Source of the DNA: an uncultured Candidatus Binatia bacterium
Lineage (GTDB): Bacteria; Desulfobacterota; Binatia; UBA9968; CAXXLF01
NCBI GenBank assembly: GCA_965218425.1
Contig: OZ244621.1
Coordinates: forward strand, 640,001 to 704,000
Length of the DNA: 64,000 bases
Reading direction: 5' to 3'
The notes beneath the pieces were generated by a model. It did not search any database, was not told the DNA's origin, and saw only the letters and a list, made by a program, of their open reading frames with translations. The translations under genes and the position numbers were made by a program. Positions 30,244 through 40,066 of this stretch are shown piece by piece (the stretch's first letter is position 1; each line of letters begins with the position of its first letter).

Positions 30244-30675
30244 GGGGTCAGACTTTGACATTTGACATGATTCATCTCGCCTTCTCAAAAGTTATTGAGG
30301 GAGCACTAAAACTCTCCCGCCACGGTCGCCCCCCAGGTTGCACTGTCCCGACACCACGGGGCGGCGGCTGCCGCAATATGCGTCAAGACGCCGTCGCATG
30401 ACGTGGAGCGGCTCGGCCATGTCGTTCTTTGAAACCGCCGTCAGGCTTGCCCCTTTTCTATTCCGGGTTCCCTTCCCTTTCGGATTCCCGCTTGTATTGT
30501 GCCAATTCTCTTTTGGAACGTCCTGTCCATTTCCCGTCGATTGAATTTACCTGAGCGTATCGTTTGTGATAGTCTATCCCGACATAAAGCATGGGGTCTT
30601 GTCCTTTCAGGTTTGATGGCCGTTACAACCACCATCCTGCTGGAGCTTGACCCCTTTTTCATGTTACCCGATTCC
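30244..30675. mobile_element. Composite miniature element: GGGGTCAG core plus mini-IS110 copy E
   Basis: Core 30244-30293; IRs 30430-30446 and 30645-30661; minus strand encodes MLYVGIDYHKRYAQVNSIDGK fused to the right-end module. Confidence 0.8.
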
Positions 30676-30720
30676 GATTACGAAGCGATTGGCGGCCCTT
30701 CGAGGAGGCGGAACAGCCGG

Positions 30721-30972
30721 TCAGATCATCCCGCCCACGAATCCTTGCTTGCGAATCCTGGCCACCGGCTCGAGGCGCGCCTTCCTGGATCGGCACTCCC
30801 GGCAGCGAAGGAGAGGCTCCAGGTCCTCCAGGCGCATTCCGCGATGCACTTTTCCCGTCTCCGCCCGGGCCAGGAGATCGGCGGGCTCCAGGGCCGTCTC
30901 CCGGCCGCACGTCCCACACGCCGCGATGAAATACCAACCTCCCCCGGCGTAATCGCCCAGGCAAAGCGCCAC
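30721..30972 (-). CDS. Small zinc-finger protein coupled to the Y-family polymerase
   Basis: CGTC and CREC pairs; GTG start overlaps the polymerase TAG stop (TAGTG). Confidence 0.6.
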   Translation of the reverse strand: MALCLGDYAGGGWYFIAACGTCGRETALEPADLLARAETGKVHRGMRLEDLEPLLRCRECRSRKARLEPVARIRKQGFVGGMI

Positions 30973-32210
30973 TACTGGAAATCCTCCAACGCGGGAATGC
31001 GGCCGTACGCGATCTTGGCCCCGGCGTAGCCGCCCGCAGGAGCGCACCCGCCGTAGCCGATGACGGTGCGCGCATAGCGGCCGTTGATCGAATCGACGGC
31101 CGCGCTCACCCTCGCCCTGACCGACCCGGCATCCGGCTCTCCGAAAGGCAGCTCGGGCTGCACGCCGGCCGCCGGCATGAACCGGTCGAACGACACGGCG
31201 ATGCGGAACAGGGAGGCCCGGCCCCGCGCCTCGGCGAGCGCGGCCCAGAGCGCCGACAGGGCGCCGAGGCAAGTCAGGTCGTCGTTCGCTCCTGGGACGG
31301 CCGCCGCGGCCTTCCACGACGGCGCATCGAGGCAGTCGGCCGACAGGGTGAGCCTCCGGGCGAGGAACCCCTCCCGGCGCAAGCGCCGGGCCGCCTTCAC
31401 CACCAGTTGCCTGGCCATCGGCCGGGCTGACTGCGCGCCGCGCTCCCCCGGAGGCAGGACCCGGCCGTGGCCGATGGCGCCGCGTTGCGTCTGCGGCGCT
31501 TGCACCGCGTAGCCGTGCAGCGCGTACCAGCAGCGCGCCCCGCTCACATTGCCCCAGACCGCTCTCAGCCGTCCGGGTTCGCTTTTCCAAAGGTCTTCGA
31601 CCGTCGTTATCCCGGCCCGCCCCAGACGCGCGCGCATGCGCCCGCCGACTCCGGGCAATTCCTCCAGCCCGAGGTCGAGCAGCGGACCTGGCAGGTCGCC
31701 GGAAAGCAGCACCGTCAGGCCATCGGGCTTTTTCATGTCCGCGGCGATCTTGGCCAGCCACCTGTTGGGCGCACAGCCGATGGAGCAGGTGACGCGTTCC
31801 CCCACGGCTTCCCGCACGCCGGCCTTGATCCTTCCCGCGATCTCTTCGGGACGGTCCCGATCCTCCAGAACCATGGCGAGCTCGTCGATCGAGCAGATCA
31901 CATCGATCGGCAACACGGAGAGCACCGCCGCCACGATCCGCCGGTGGACGCGCACGTACAGGTCCGGCCGCTGCGCCACGAGAGCTATCCGGGAACACAG
32001 CCGGCGCGCATCGGCGATCGAAGTCCCGGTCTTGACGCCGAATCTCTTGGCCGCCGCGTTGGCGGCGATCACGCAACTGTTTTTCGCCCCCGCAAACGGT
32101 ATGACCCCGACGGGAAGGCCGTGCAGGCCGGGGTCCGCCTGCTCCTCGCAGGACGCAAAAAAGCCGTCAAAATCGATGTAGAGCCGCTCCGGCGCAGGTG
32201 GCTGGCGCAT
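30972..32210 (-). CDS. Y-family DNA polymerase (DinB/UmuC-like)
   Basis: LYIDFDGFFASCE, SIDE, AKIAADMKKPDG, LPGVG motifs. Confidence 0.9.
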   Translation of the reverse strand: MRQPPAPERLYIDFDGFFASCEEQADPGLHGLPVGVIPFAGAKNSCVIAANAAAKRFGVKTGTSIADARRLCSRIALVAQRPDLYVRVHRRIVAAVLSVLPIDVICSIDELAMVLEDRDRPEEIAGRIKAGVREAVGERVTCSIGCAPNRWLAKIAADMKKPDGLTVLLSGDLPGPLLDLGLEELPGVGGRMRARLGRAGITTVEDLWKSEPGRLRAVWGNVSGARCWYALHGYAVQAPQTQRGAIGHGRVLPPGERGAQSARPMARQLVVKAARRLRREGFLARRLTLSADCLDAPSWKAAAAVPGANDDLTCLGALSALWAALAEARGRASLFRIAVSFDRFMPAAGVQPELPFGEPDAGSVRARVSAAVDSINGRYARTVIGYGGCAPAGGYAGAKIAYGRIPALEDFQ

Positions 32211-32351
32211 AGTTCCCCCCAAGCGAAAAGAAAGCGAATATACGCATCATGAGCGGAAGATGCAAGTGGGGCGGTTTCGAACAGGATCGCTCAGGGGGAG
32301 GCCGTGGCGCCGGGACAAATTACGTGGATGGGGAGACGGAGGGATCACCTG

Positions 32352-32573
32352 CCGCGCTATGCCCAAGGCAAGGACGAGGGCAGTCCTCAAAGGCGCCGGC
32401 GGTCTACGGCGATGCAGGGCTCGGCACGCTGCTCGGACACCGGCGGCATCGAGCACGGTCGTTGCACGGCCCTTTAACGGGCATTTAAGGGGCTTTGCAT
32501 GGGCGGTTTACGGGTCGTTCCGCAACTTTTGAGAAGGCGAGATGAATCATGTCAAATGTCAAGGTCTGACCCC
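32352..32573 (-). repeat. GGGGTCAG core repeat, subtype 2 (core 32524-32573)
   Basis: Inverted homologue of 22879-23095. Confidence 0.9.
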
Positions 32574-32694
32574 ACAATTCGATCGTTTCAAGGCTTCTCC
32601 CTTCTCTCCGAGGACTCTGAAACGCCACTCTATTCCAGCTCTGAATGGATGTCGATTTCGCGGGAACGTCACTTGCGTGATATACTTAAGAACT

Positions 32695-33411
32695 GTGTCT
32701 ATCCATTCCTTAGTTCCTGACGCGAAGGCCCTGCTCGAACTTGAGCCCGAGGAGCTTGCAGGCGTCCTGATGGAATACCTCAACTCTCTTTCTCCCTCCG
32801 ACCAGCAAAACCTAAACCGGTACAACTTCAGTCTCAATTCCACGGTTCAAGAGTATCCACAGGACCAGCAGGAAGATCTGAGTCAGGCCCTGATGGAGGC
32901 GTGGGTCTGGCTTGAGCGTGAAGAGCTTCTAGTGCCTAAGCCTGGGTCAAAAGATGAGTGGGTGATCATCTCTCGCCGCGGTCGACAACTGAGAACACGC
33001 GATCAGGTGTACCATTACCGTCAAGTGAACCTGCTTCCCCATCACCAACTTCATCCTAGAATCGTACAAAAGGTGTGGGCATCGTTTCTGAGAGGCGACT
33101 ACGATACGGCGGTGTTTCAGGCATTCAAAGAGGTCGAAGTTCGGGTTCGGGAGGCCGCATAATGTGCAGACACGGACATCGGAGTCGCCTTGATGCGGAA
33201 AGCGTTCGGGAAACGCGGTCCTCTGGCAGACGTTTCGGCGCCAATGGCGGAACAGCAGGCGCTCTCTGATCTCTTTGCGGGAGCAATCGGATCTTACAAG
33301 AACCCCCACAGCCATCGCAGCGTGACCATCGACTCAAGCGAGGCTGCCGAGATGATCATGCTGTTCAGTCACCTGCTTTGCATTGTGGACAAGCGTTTGT
33401 CCAACGATTAG
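32695..33411 (+). pseudogene. TIGR02391-family (Ymh/AbiJ-like) protein with a premature stop
   Basis: LHPRI...FLRGDYDTAVFQAFKEVEVRVR, LMRKAF, LFAGAIGSYKNPHSH; in-frame TAA at 33160-33162. Confidence 0.7.
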
Positions 33412-33478
33412 TAGTGTATCAGTTTGGTCGGTCGGTACCCCTTGACAACCCTGACTCTGTCTGTTTTATGGTACTATC

Positions 33479-33769
33479 ATGCTGTTTGCGGCGATGAAGG
33501 TAGTTCTCCATACTCAACGCCTGATCGGGGCCGCCCTTTTGCTGGCGGTTTTTCTCCTCCCCCTCCACCTCCATCCCGTTAACCCGCTGCTACTGATCAA
33601 CAAGGATTGTACCTGTTACTCGAGTGCGAGGACACAACTCGGCCTGCCTCATGCCAAAATCACAGTCGCACCCGTCATTCAATCCTTACCGCTTGTATTT
33701 CCAGAGTCTTTTTTTCTCGTTCCGCTTTTTGCCCAACCACACCCGAGCCGCGCCCCCCCTACCCTGTAA
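33479..33769 (+). CDS. DUF2946-like leader protein ending in RAPP
   Basis: Hydrophobic N-terminus, HLH, CTC, C-terminal HPSRAPP; directly upstream of a metal uptake operon. Confidence 0.6.
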   Translation: MLFAAMKVVLHTQRLIGAALLLAVFLLPLHLHPVNPLLLINKDCTCYSSARTQLGLPHAKITVAPVIQSLPLVFPESFFLVPLFAQPHPSRAPPTL

Positions 33770-33858
33770 CCGTTTCGTTTTTTCTTAAATCGATAGGGTA
33801 TTTTCTCCTTTCCTCATGAGCGAAGGGAGCGAACCGTTTGCATTTAGGGGGGAAATTC

Positions 33859-35169
33859 ATGATTTCTTTAAAAGAACGATCGTTTATGTCAGTGTGCGTA
33901 GTGTCGTGTTGCGTAACGTTGTTTGCCGGGGCGGGTTTGACCAAGGAGGACGAAGTTGCTTCTTTGAAAAAGCAGCTCAAGGCGATGCAGCAACAAACGC
34001 AGAAGTTACTCCTGCGGATCGAACGGATAGAACGAAAGTCGGAGAGATCAAGATCAGGGAACTCAGGGCAAGAGCCTGCTCAGAACCAGGCAAAACGGGA
34101 GAACGCCAGTGCGCCAAAGGGAGCGCAATCTAGCTCAACCACGTCTGATAGAGCACGCTCCATTTCCAGAGCCTTTAACCCCGCCGTCAGTGTGAATGGG
34201 TTGTTTCTCGGTGGCTGGGCTTCCTCGGTTGATGCCGATAACGAGCTGACGGGTCTGGACTTCCAGAATGGGTTCAACCTGCAGGAGGCAGAGTTTCGTT
34301 TCACTTCGGATGTGGATCCGTATTTCAATGCGGATATGACTGTGGCCGTCGCTCCAGAAGGAGATGTGGAGCTGGAGGAGGGATTCGTTACCTCGAATCA
34401 GCTTCCCGGAGACATCATGCCGCGTGGGTTAAGTCTTAAGATCGGAAAGTTTTTTACCGACTTCGGTAAACACAATTTGCTTCATAGTCATCAGTTTCCT
34501 TTCATTGACCGTCCCCTGGTGAGTGAATCCGTGTTTGGCGATGAAGGGCTCAATGAACCGGCAGTTGGTCTGAGCTATCTCTTCCCCGTCCCCTGGTTTT
34601 CCGAGTTCACCTTTCAAGGAATGCAGGGGGATAATTCCAACCTCTTTGTCCTTTCAGATGACGCTTCTCCTCAAGGGGCCTTCCTCGGCCACTGGAAGAA
34701 CTTCTTCGATCTCAGCGACGAAAGCACTCTTGAGTTTGGTAACTCCTATGTCGGCGGACGTAACTCCGGTTCGGGCTATTCGCAAGCTATCGGTGTCGAC
34801 CTAACTCTCAAGTGGATTCCTTTGAAACGCGCTCAGGATCGGGCCCTCATCTGGCAGAACGAATACATTTATTCTTCCGTCGATCGAGACGATAGCGCAC
34901 GGCGCGAGACGGGAGGACTGTATACTTCACTCCAGTATCGTCTCTCTCGTCTATGGTGGTTGCAGGGTCGCTACGATCTGCTTGGAGCCCCCAACTCCAG
35001 AGAGGGAATGGATCATAAATGGACGTTGCTCGCAGCTCTGGTGCCGAGCGAGTTTTCGGCCTTGAGATTGCAGTATAGCCGGACGCAACGGGAGTTTGGG
35101 GATGACATCGATCAGATTCTTTTTCAGCTGAACTACACCCTAGGCTCTCATCCGGCACACAAATATTAG
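33859..35169 (+). CDS. Outer-membrane beta-barrel protein of a metal uptake operon
   Basis: Signal peptide, coiled coil, FNPAVSVNG, GFNLQEAE...DPYF, C-terminal LGSHPAHKY. Confidence 0.7.
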   Translation: MISLKERSFMSVCVVSCCVTLFAGAGLTKEDEVASLKKQLKAMQQQTQKLLLRIERIERKSERSRSGNSGQEPAQNQAKRENASAPKGAQSSSTTSDRARSISRAFNPAVSVNGLFLGGWASSVDADNELTGLDFQNGFNLQEAEFRFTSDVDPYFNADMTVAVAPEGDVELEEGFVTSNQLPGDIMPRGLSLKIGKFFTDFGKHNLLHSHQFPFIDRPLVSESVFGDEGLNEPAVGLSYLFPVPWFSEFTFQGMQGDNSNLFVLSDDASPQGAFLGHWKNFFDLSDESTLEFGNSYVGGRNSGSGYSQAIGVDLTLKWIPLKRAQDRALIWQNEYIYSSVDRDDSARRETGGLYTSLQYRLSRLWWLQGRYDLLGAPNSREGMDHKWTLLAALVPSEFSALRLQYSRTQREFGDDIDQILFQLNYTLGSHPAHKY

Positions 35170-35178
35170 GAGAAACCT

Positions 35179-36087
35179 ATGAAATGGTTTAGCGTATGGG
35201 TCTTCTCGGTTGTTTTCTTAACTTCTCCGCCGGCCCCTCTTGCGGGGAAGACTTTGTCTGTGGTCGCCACCACCACTGATCTTGCTGCCATCGCCGAGGC
35301 GTTGGGAGGTAAAAGGGTGAAAGTAAGAAGCGTCGCAAAGGGGGCCCAGGATCCCCATTACGTTGCCGCAAAGCCCAGCTACATGCGCTTGCTCAATCGA
35401 GCCGACCTGCTTCTTTATGTGGGACTACAGTTGGAAATTGGTTGGCTGTCCCTGTTGGTGGAAGGGGCTAGGAATCCGGGACTCGTCTCCCTTGATCTCT
35501 CCCGGGAAATCTCAGTCCTTGAAGTGCCTGGGGGGGAGGTGACCCGCGCGCAAGGTGACATTCACCCTGAGGGCAATCCCCATTACTGGCTTGACCCCAG
35601 GAACGGTTTCGTGATGGCGAGACGTATTGCCTTGCAGTTCAAGGCCCTGGCGCCCGATGATGGGCCTTATTTTGAACAGAGACTGAACCTTTTCGAGAAA
35701 AAGCTGCGGGATCGTATCCAAAAGTGGGAACAGCAGATGACGCCTTACCGTGGTCAGGAGATCGTTGCGTATCACAAGCAATGGGAGTACCTGGCGAATT
35801 GGTTGGGATTGTCCATTATTGGCTATGTGGAAGATAAACCGGGAATTCCACCGGCGCCAAAACATGTGGTCAGACTCACGCGCTCGATTCGGGAGCGTAA
35901 GGTCAAAGCACTGCTGGTTTCCAGCTTTATCAATCCGCGTATCCCGCAATCCGTGGCCCATAAGGCTGGGACAACCATGGTCATTCTTCCTGCATCCGTG
36001 GGAGGTGATAAGGGAGTGAAAACCTATAGCGATCTATTTGAATCTATTGTAGGAAGCCTGCTCTCAGTCCTAAAGCAAGGTCGGTGA
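35179..36087 (+). CDS. Zn/Mn ABC transporter substrate-binding protein (ZnuA/TroA family)
   Basis: QDPHY, GNPHYWLDP, YHKQWEYL motifs. Confidence 0.9.
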   Translation: MKWFSVWVFSVVFLTSPPAPLAGKTLSVVATTTDLAAIAEALGGKRVKVRSVAKGAQDPHYVAAKPSYMRLLNRADLLLYVGLQLEIGWLSLLVEGARNPGLVSLDLSREISVLEVPGGEVTRAQGDIHPEGNPHYWLDPRNGFVMARRIALQFKALAPDDGPYFEQRLNLFEKKLRDRIQKWEQQMTPYRGQEIVAYHKQWEYLANWLGLSIIGYVEDKPGIPPAPKHVVRLTRSIRERKVKALLVSSFINPRIPQSVAHKAGTTMVILPASVGGDKGVKTYSDLFESIVGSLLSVLKQGR

Positions 36088-36093
36088 TCGTCC

Positions 36094-36924
36094 ATGATTG
36101 AGTTTATAAACATCATGGGCCCGGCCATAGCGGCGTGTTTCGTTCTAGTGGCCATTTATGTCTATTTCGGCATTCACATCGTTCGTCGCGGGGCGATTTT
36201 TGTTGATTTGGCCCTGGCGCAAGTAGCGGCCATGGGCGCTACTGTGGCATTTCTCGCGGGTTATCCGCTTGAAGGCGGCGTTGCTTATATTTTTTCCCTG
36301 GTTTTTGCCTTTTTAGGTTCGCTGGTTTTCACTTGGACCCGTGCCCAAGAGGGCAGGGTTCCAGAGGAAGCGATTATAGGCATTGTTTATGCTTTCTGCG
36401 CCGCCGCCGTGGTCCTCCTCGTAGATAAGGCCCCCCACGGCGCTGAGCATATAAAGTACTTACTTGTCGGAAACATCCTCTGGGTAAAATGGAATACCAT
36501 CGGGCAGATTTTCGCCGTGGCCGTAGTGGTTGGACTTTTCCATGTCGTATTTCGGCAAAAGTTCCTGCTGGTTTCGTTTGATCCGGAGCGGGGTCGCCGA
36601 CAAGGGATATCCGTTCCTCTCTGGGATCTCCTTTTTTATCTATCCTTGGCCTGGGTGGTGACTACTTCCGTCCAAATAGCGGGGGTGCTTCTCATCTTTT
36701 CATTCCTGATTGTACCGGCGGTCTGTGGGATCTTGTTTAGCGGCAGTTTTCGGCTGAGCCTCTTGGCGGGTTGGTTGGTGGGTGGCAGTGTGAGCCTGGC
36801 TGGGAGCTATCTCTCTTATGGTTGGGACCTCCCCACTGGAGCGTCCGTAATCTGCACCTTTGGGTTTGTCCTCTTTTGCCTCGTTGCACTGAAGAGACTC
36901 ATCTTGACCTGGCGACGGCCTTAA
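36094..36924 (+). CDS. Metal ABC transporter permease (ZnuB/MntB family)
   Basis: IFVDLALAQVAAMG, GVLLIFSFLIVPA, DLPTG. Confidence 0.88.
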   Translation: MIEFINIMGPAIAACFVLVAIYVYFGIHIVRRGAIFVDLALAQVAAMGATVAFLAGYPLEGGVAYIFSLVFAFLGSLVFTWTRAQEGRVPEEAIIGIVYAFCAAAVVLLVDKAPHGAEHIKYLLVGNILWVKWNTIGQIFAVAVVVGLFHVVFRQKFLLVSFDPERGRRQGISVPLWDLLFYLSLAWVVTTSVQIAGVLLIFSFLIVPAVCGILFSGSFRLSLLAGWLVGGSVSLAGSYLSYGWDLPTGASVICTFGFVLFCLVALKRLILTWRRP

Positions 36925-36951
36925 CTTATAAAAGGAGGAGGAGACTAGGCC

Positions 36952-37295
36952 ATGGGTGAAAACATATCCGCGAAAGAACTCCCGGAAATCCTACCTGTTT
37001 TTCCTCTGACGGGATCTTTGCTCTTGCCGGGAACCACCCTTCCTCTACATATTTTTGAGCCACGTTACCGCAACCTGGTGGAGGATGCACTGGGAAGCGA
37101 CAAGGTTTTCGGCATGATCCAGCCGTTTGCTCCTCAGGAAGACAATCGCCCCTTGCCCGGCGCTGAAAAGGAAATACCGCAACTCTACCATGTGGGATGT
37201 GCCGGCTTCATTGAAAAATGGGAAAAGACACCTGACGGGCGTTACGGAATCTATCTGCGTGGAGTTAATCGCTTTCGCATGGAAGAGGAATTGTG
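36952..37295 (+). pseudogene. LON peptidase substrate-binding domain protein, 3'-truncated by the repeat core
   Basis: LPVFPL..LLPG..LPLHIFEPRY, DGRY..L.GV.RF; frame runs into GGGGTCAG at 37296. Confidence 0.8.
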
Positions 37296-37483
37296 GGGGT
37301 CAGACCTTGACATTTGACATGATTCATCTCGCCTTCTCAAAAGTTATTGAGGGAGCACAAAAGCTCTCCCGCCGCTGTCGCCCCCCAGGTTGCACTGTCC
37401 CGACACCACGGGGTGGCGGCTGCTGCAATATGCGTCAAGACGCCGTCGCATGACGTGGAGCGGCACGGCCATGTCGTCTTTTG
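37296..37483 (+). repeat. GGGGTCAG core repeat, subtype 1, without mini-IS110
   Basis: Near-identical to 29016-29203; similarity stops where the IS110 IR begins in the other copies. Confidence 0.9.
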
Positions 37484-38218
37484 CGCCTCTCGCCGGACCC
37501 TCAGTCGCCCTCGGCGCATGCCGCCGCCGTAAGATCATCTCGAACCGTTCGGATGCCGTCACGACCCTTTGCGGTATTGCCGACTCAAGCTGTCTGGTCC
37601 CGATCCCGGTCCGCTTTACACACTCCGATTCATTGATTCCCGGTCTCGGCTCCCGCACACTCCCGCCGCAAGACGGGTGGATTCCCGTTAACTTGACGAT
37701 ACTGACGGAACACGGCGGGGCCGTGTCGCTGACGGGATCCGATACATTCGAGGCGTTTCTCAAAGCGGCATAAAGACCTGAGTTGATAGTGCCGGGAGCT
37801 TGCTCGGCTGGACGGATTCGACGATCACACTGAGATGGCGCTCCGGTTTCAAGCGAACCGTGGTCTGCCGTTCAATGGGGGTACCCAATCGATTTCAGCG
37901 ATAATGATTGATGGTCCGCGCACCGGTTTTGCCATGTGGAAGCAATCGTATGGACCCCGACCGGCTCCACCGACTTTCCCGCCGAAATACGACCCCGGAA
38001 ACAGCCGGGAAACGGCCCTTAAAAGCCGGTTATCCACAGCCTGTGAACAAATTTCCAACTATCTGATTCACCCAAAATTCGAGACCGGGCCAGCGTTCAA
38101 ATCCTGAAAAACAAGGGTTCCATCCCGCATCAGCCCACTTCCGGTCTTTTTCGTCGCCCTACATCAATCAGGGCAACCAGAAAACATTGAATCGTCAAAC
38201 GAGAAGATACCAGCCGAT

Positions 38219-38635
38219 CTAGGCTTTCTTGTGAAGGGCTTGGGGTTCTCCTGACTTCAGCGAAATGACTTGAGGCTCCTTGCCCTTCACGTTGCAGCGG
38301 CCCTCAAAAAACACGCCCTCCTCCATGATCAGGACGGGTGTTACTATATCGCCGACTACTCGGGCTGATTTTCGTAATTCGACACGTTCCTGCACAGTGA
38401 TATGGCCGGAGAATTGACCTGCCAGGATCGCCGTACCCGCTCGTACGTCGGCCTCTAGCCTTCCCGATTCGCTGACTATCAGGGTGTTGGAAGAGATCAG
38501 CTCTCCGCTGAATTTTCCGTTCACGATGAGGGTTCCAACAAACGTCAGGCGGCCTTCCATTTCACAGCCGTGATCGATAACCGACATCGCGGCGTGTTCG
38601 GGATTTGATTTGTGTTTGGACTTCCGAAACCTCAT
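38219..38635 (-). CDS. Bactofilin (polymer-forming cytoskeletal protein)
   Basis: SVIDHGCEMEGRL...VNGKFSG...GDIVTPVLIMEEGVFFEG beta-helix repeats. Confidence 0.88.
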   Translation of the reverse strand: MRFRKSKHKSNPEHAAMSVIDHGCEMEGRLTFVGTLIVNGKFSGELISSNTLIVSESGRLEADVRAGTAILAGQFSGHITVQERVELRKSARVVGDIVTPVLIMEEGVFFEGRCNVKGKEPQVISLKSGEPQALHKKA

Positions 38636-38661
38636 GGTTGAACCATCTCAATTATGCTCGG

Positions 38662-39105
38662 TTATGAATTGGGTTGATTGTTAGCGAGCTTCGTTTGTTC
38701 TCTTGGCTTCAGCAGGGTAGGATCTGCGGAGTGGCGTTCGGGAACGGCTTCAGAGCCCCGTTGCACCTTCACCACGTTGCCATTGAAGAAGCCGCCTTTG
38801 GATATTACGAGAGAATCCGTTTCGACGTTACCGCTTACGCGTCCCGTGGCCGTGATCTCGACAGTGCCGGTGGCGACCATATTACCCTCGTACTGCCCCA
38901 TAATGAGGGCGTCGGTCGTGCGGACGTCGGCGCGGACAATCCCCTTCTCGCCGATCACGAATCTGCCGCCTACATTGATTTCACCCGTGACTTCGCCCTT
39001 GATCTGGATCGATTCGGTAATATTAAATTTACCTTCCAGCCGGGCGCCTTCGCCGATAACGGTGAGGGGTGGAACTGAAGGATCGCGGCGTTTGTTTTTG
39101 AACAT
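38662..39105 (-). CDS. Bactofilin (polymer-forming cytoskeletal protein)
   Basis: TVIGEGARLEG...GNVETDSLVISKGGFFNG. Confidence 0.88.
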   Translation of the reverse strand: MFKNKRRDPSVPPLTVIGEGARLEGKFNITESIQIKGEVTGEINVGGRFVIGEKGIVRADVRTTDALIMGQYEGNMVATGTVEITATGRVSGNVETDSLVISKGGFFNGNVVKVQRGSEAVPERHSADPTLLKPREQTKLANNQPNS

Positions 39106-39320
39106 AAATGGATCTCCTCGGGCCTGGAATCAAGCACGGATCGTGCCAAAAGAATCCCGTTCACCTCTACATGATCACCATCTGACGGTCAAGTCCCATT
39201 TTTCCCGTAAAAGGCTGAGGCGTTGGATATCCTCTTTCCCACATCAGGCAACGGCCAGTTGAGCGGGAGAAGCCGTCATAGTCTCCATCGAGGTTGTTCG
39301 AGCTGCTTGATCACGTTGTG

Positions 39321-39775
39321 GGGGTCAGACCTTGACATTTGACATGATTCATCTTGCCTTCTCAAAAGTTATTGAGGGAGCACGAAAACTCTCCCGCCGC
39401 TGTCGCCCCCCCAGGTTGCACTGTCCCGACACCACGAGGTGGCGGCTGCTGCAATATGCGTCAAGACGCCGTCGCATGACGTGGAGCGGCTCGGCCATGT
39501 CGTCTTTTGAAACCGCCGTCAGCCTTGCCCCTTTGCTATTCCGGGTTCCCTTCCCTTTCGGATTCCCGCTTGTATCGTGCCAATTCTCTCTTGGAATGTC
39601 CTGTCCTTTTGGACGCGGTGTTCTAATCGGCCCAACCCACGGCTCATCACCCCGGCATCACGGCTTGAATACCGGTGTGGGCGAACGGAAATAATTGGAA
39701 ATGGACCGGAAACCTGCCGGATTTTCCGGCCCGTTTAGGGCTCGAAAAACGGGCCTTAAATGGCCGTTAAATCGG
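39321..39775. repeat. GGGGTCAG core (subtype 1), IS110 right-end module (copy F) and shared upstream segment
   Basis: Core 39321-39370; IR TGAAACCGCCGTCAGCC at 39508-39524; 39508-39775 is an inverted homologue of 6795-7045. Confidence 0.85.
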
Positions 39776-39809
39776 GGCTGGCGTTCAAACCCCTGAAAAA
39801 CAAGGGTCT

Positions 39810-39865
39810 CATCCCGCATCATCCCGGTTCATCCCGCATCATCCCGGTTCATCCCGCATCATCCC
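39810..39865 (+). repeat. Tandem repeat with 20-bp period (CATCCCGCATCATCCCGGTT)
   Basis: Alternating ATCCCGCATC/ATCCCGGTTC decamers; a shorter related copy lies near 38120. Confidence 0.85.
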
Positions 39866-39875
39866 ACTTAAAATC

Positions 39876-40030
39876 GGGGTCAGGTAACATGAAAAAGGGG
39901 TCAAGCTCCAGTAGGATGGTGGTTGTAACAGCCATCAAACCTGAAAGGAGAAGACCCCATGCTTTACGTCGGGATAGACTATCACAAACGATACGCTCAG
40001 CTAAATGCCATCGACGGGAAAGGGAGAGCC
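39876..40030 (+). mobile_element. IS110-family left end with transposase N-terminus
   Basis: GGGGTCAGGTAACA then IR at 39890; RBS and ATG at 39959 give MLYVGIDYHKRYAQLNAIDGKG (RuvC-like GID motif). Confidence 0.75.
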
Positions 40031-40066
40031 CGGGTCGATTCAGCCCGCCCCCGGTTTAAAAATTAC

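Noticed and set aside
30721..32076. 451-aa ORF
   Set aside because: GC-rich shadow frame of the polymerase; only the last 83 codons look like a protein.
22879..39370. The repeated 50-bp core as a CRISPR array
   Set aside because: Copies are kilobases apart, in both orientations, with no regular spacers and no cas genes.
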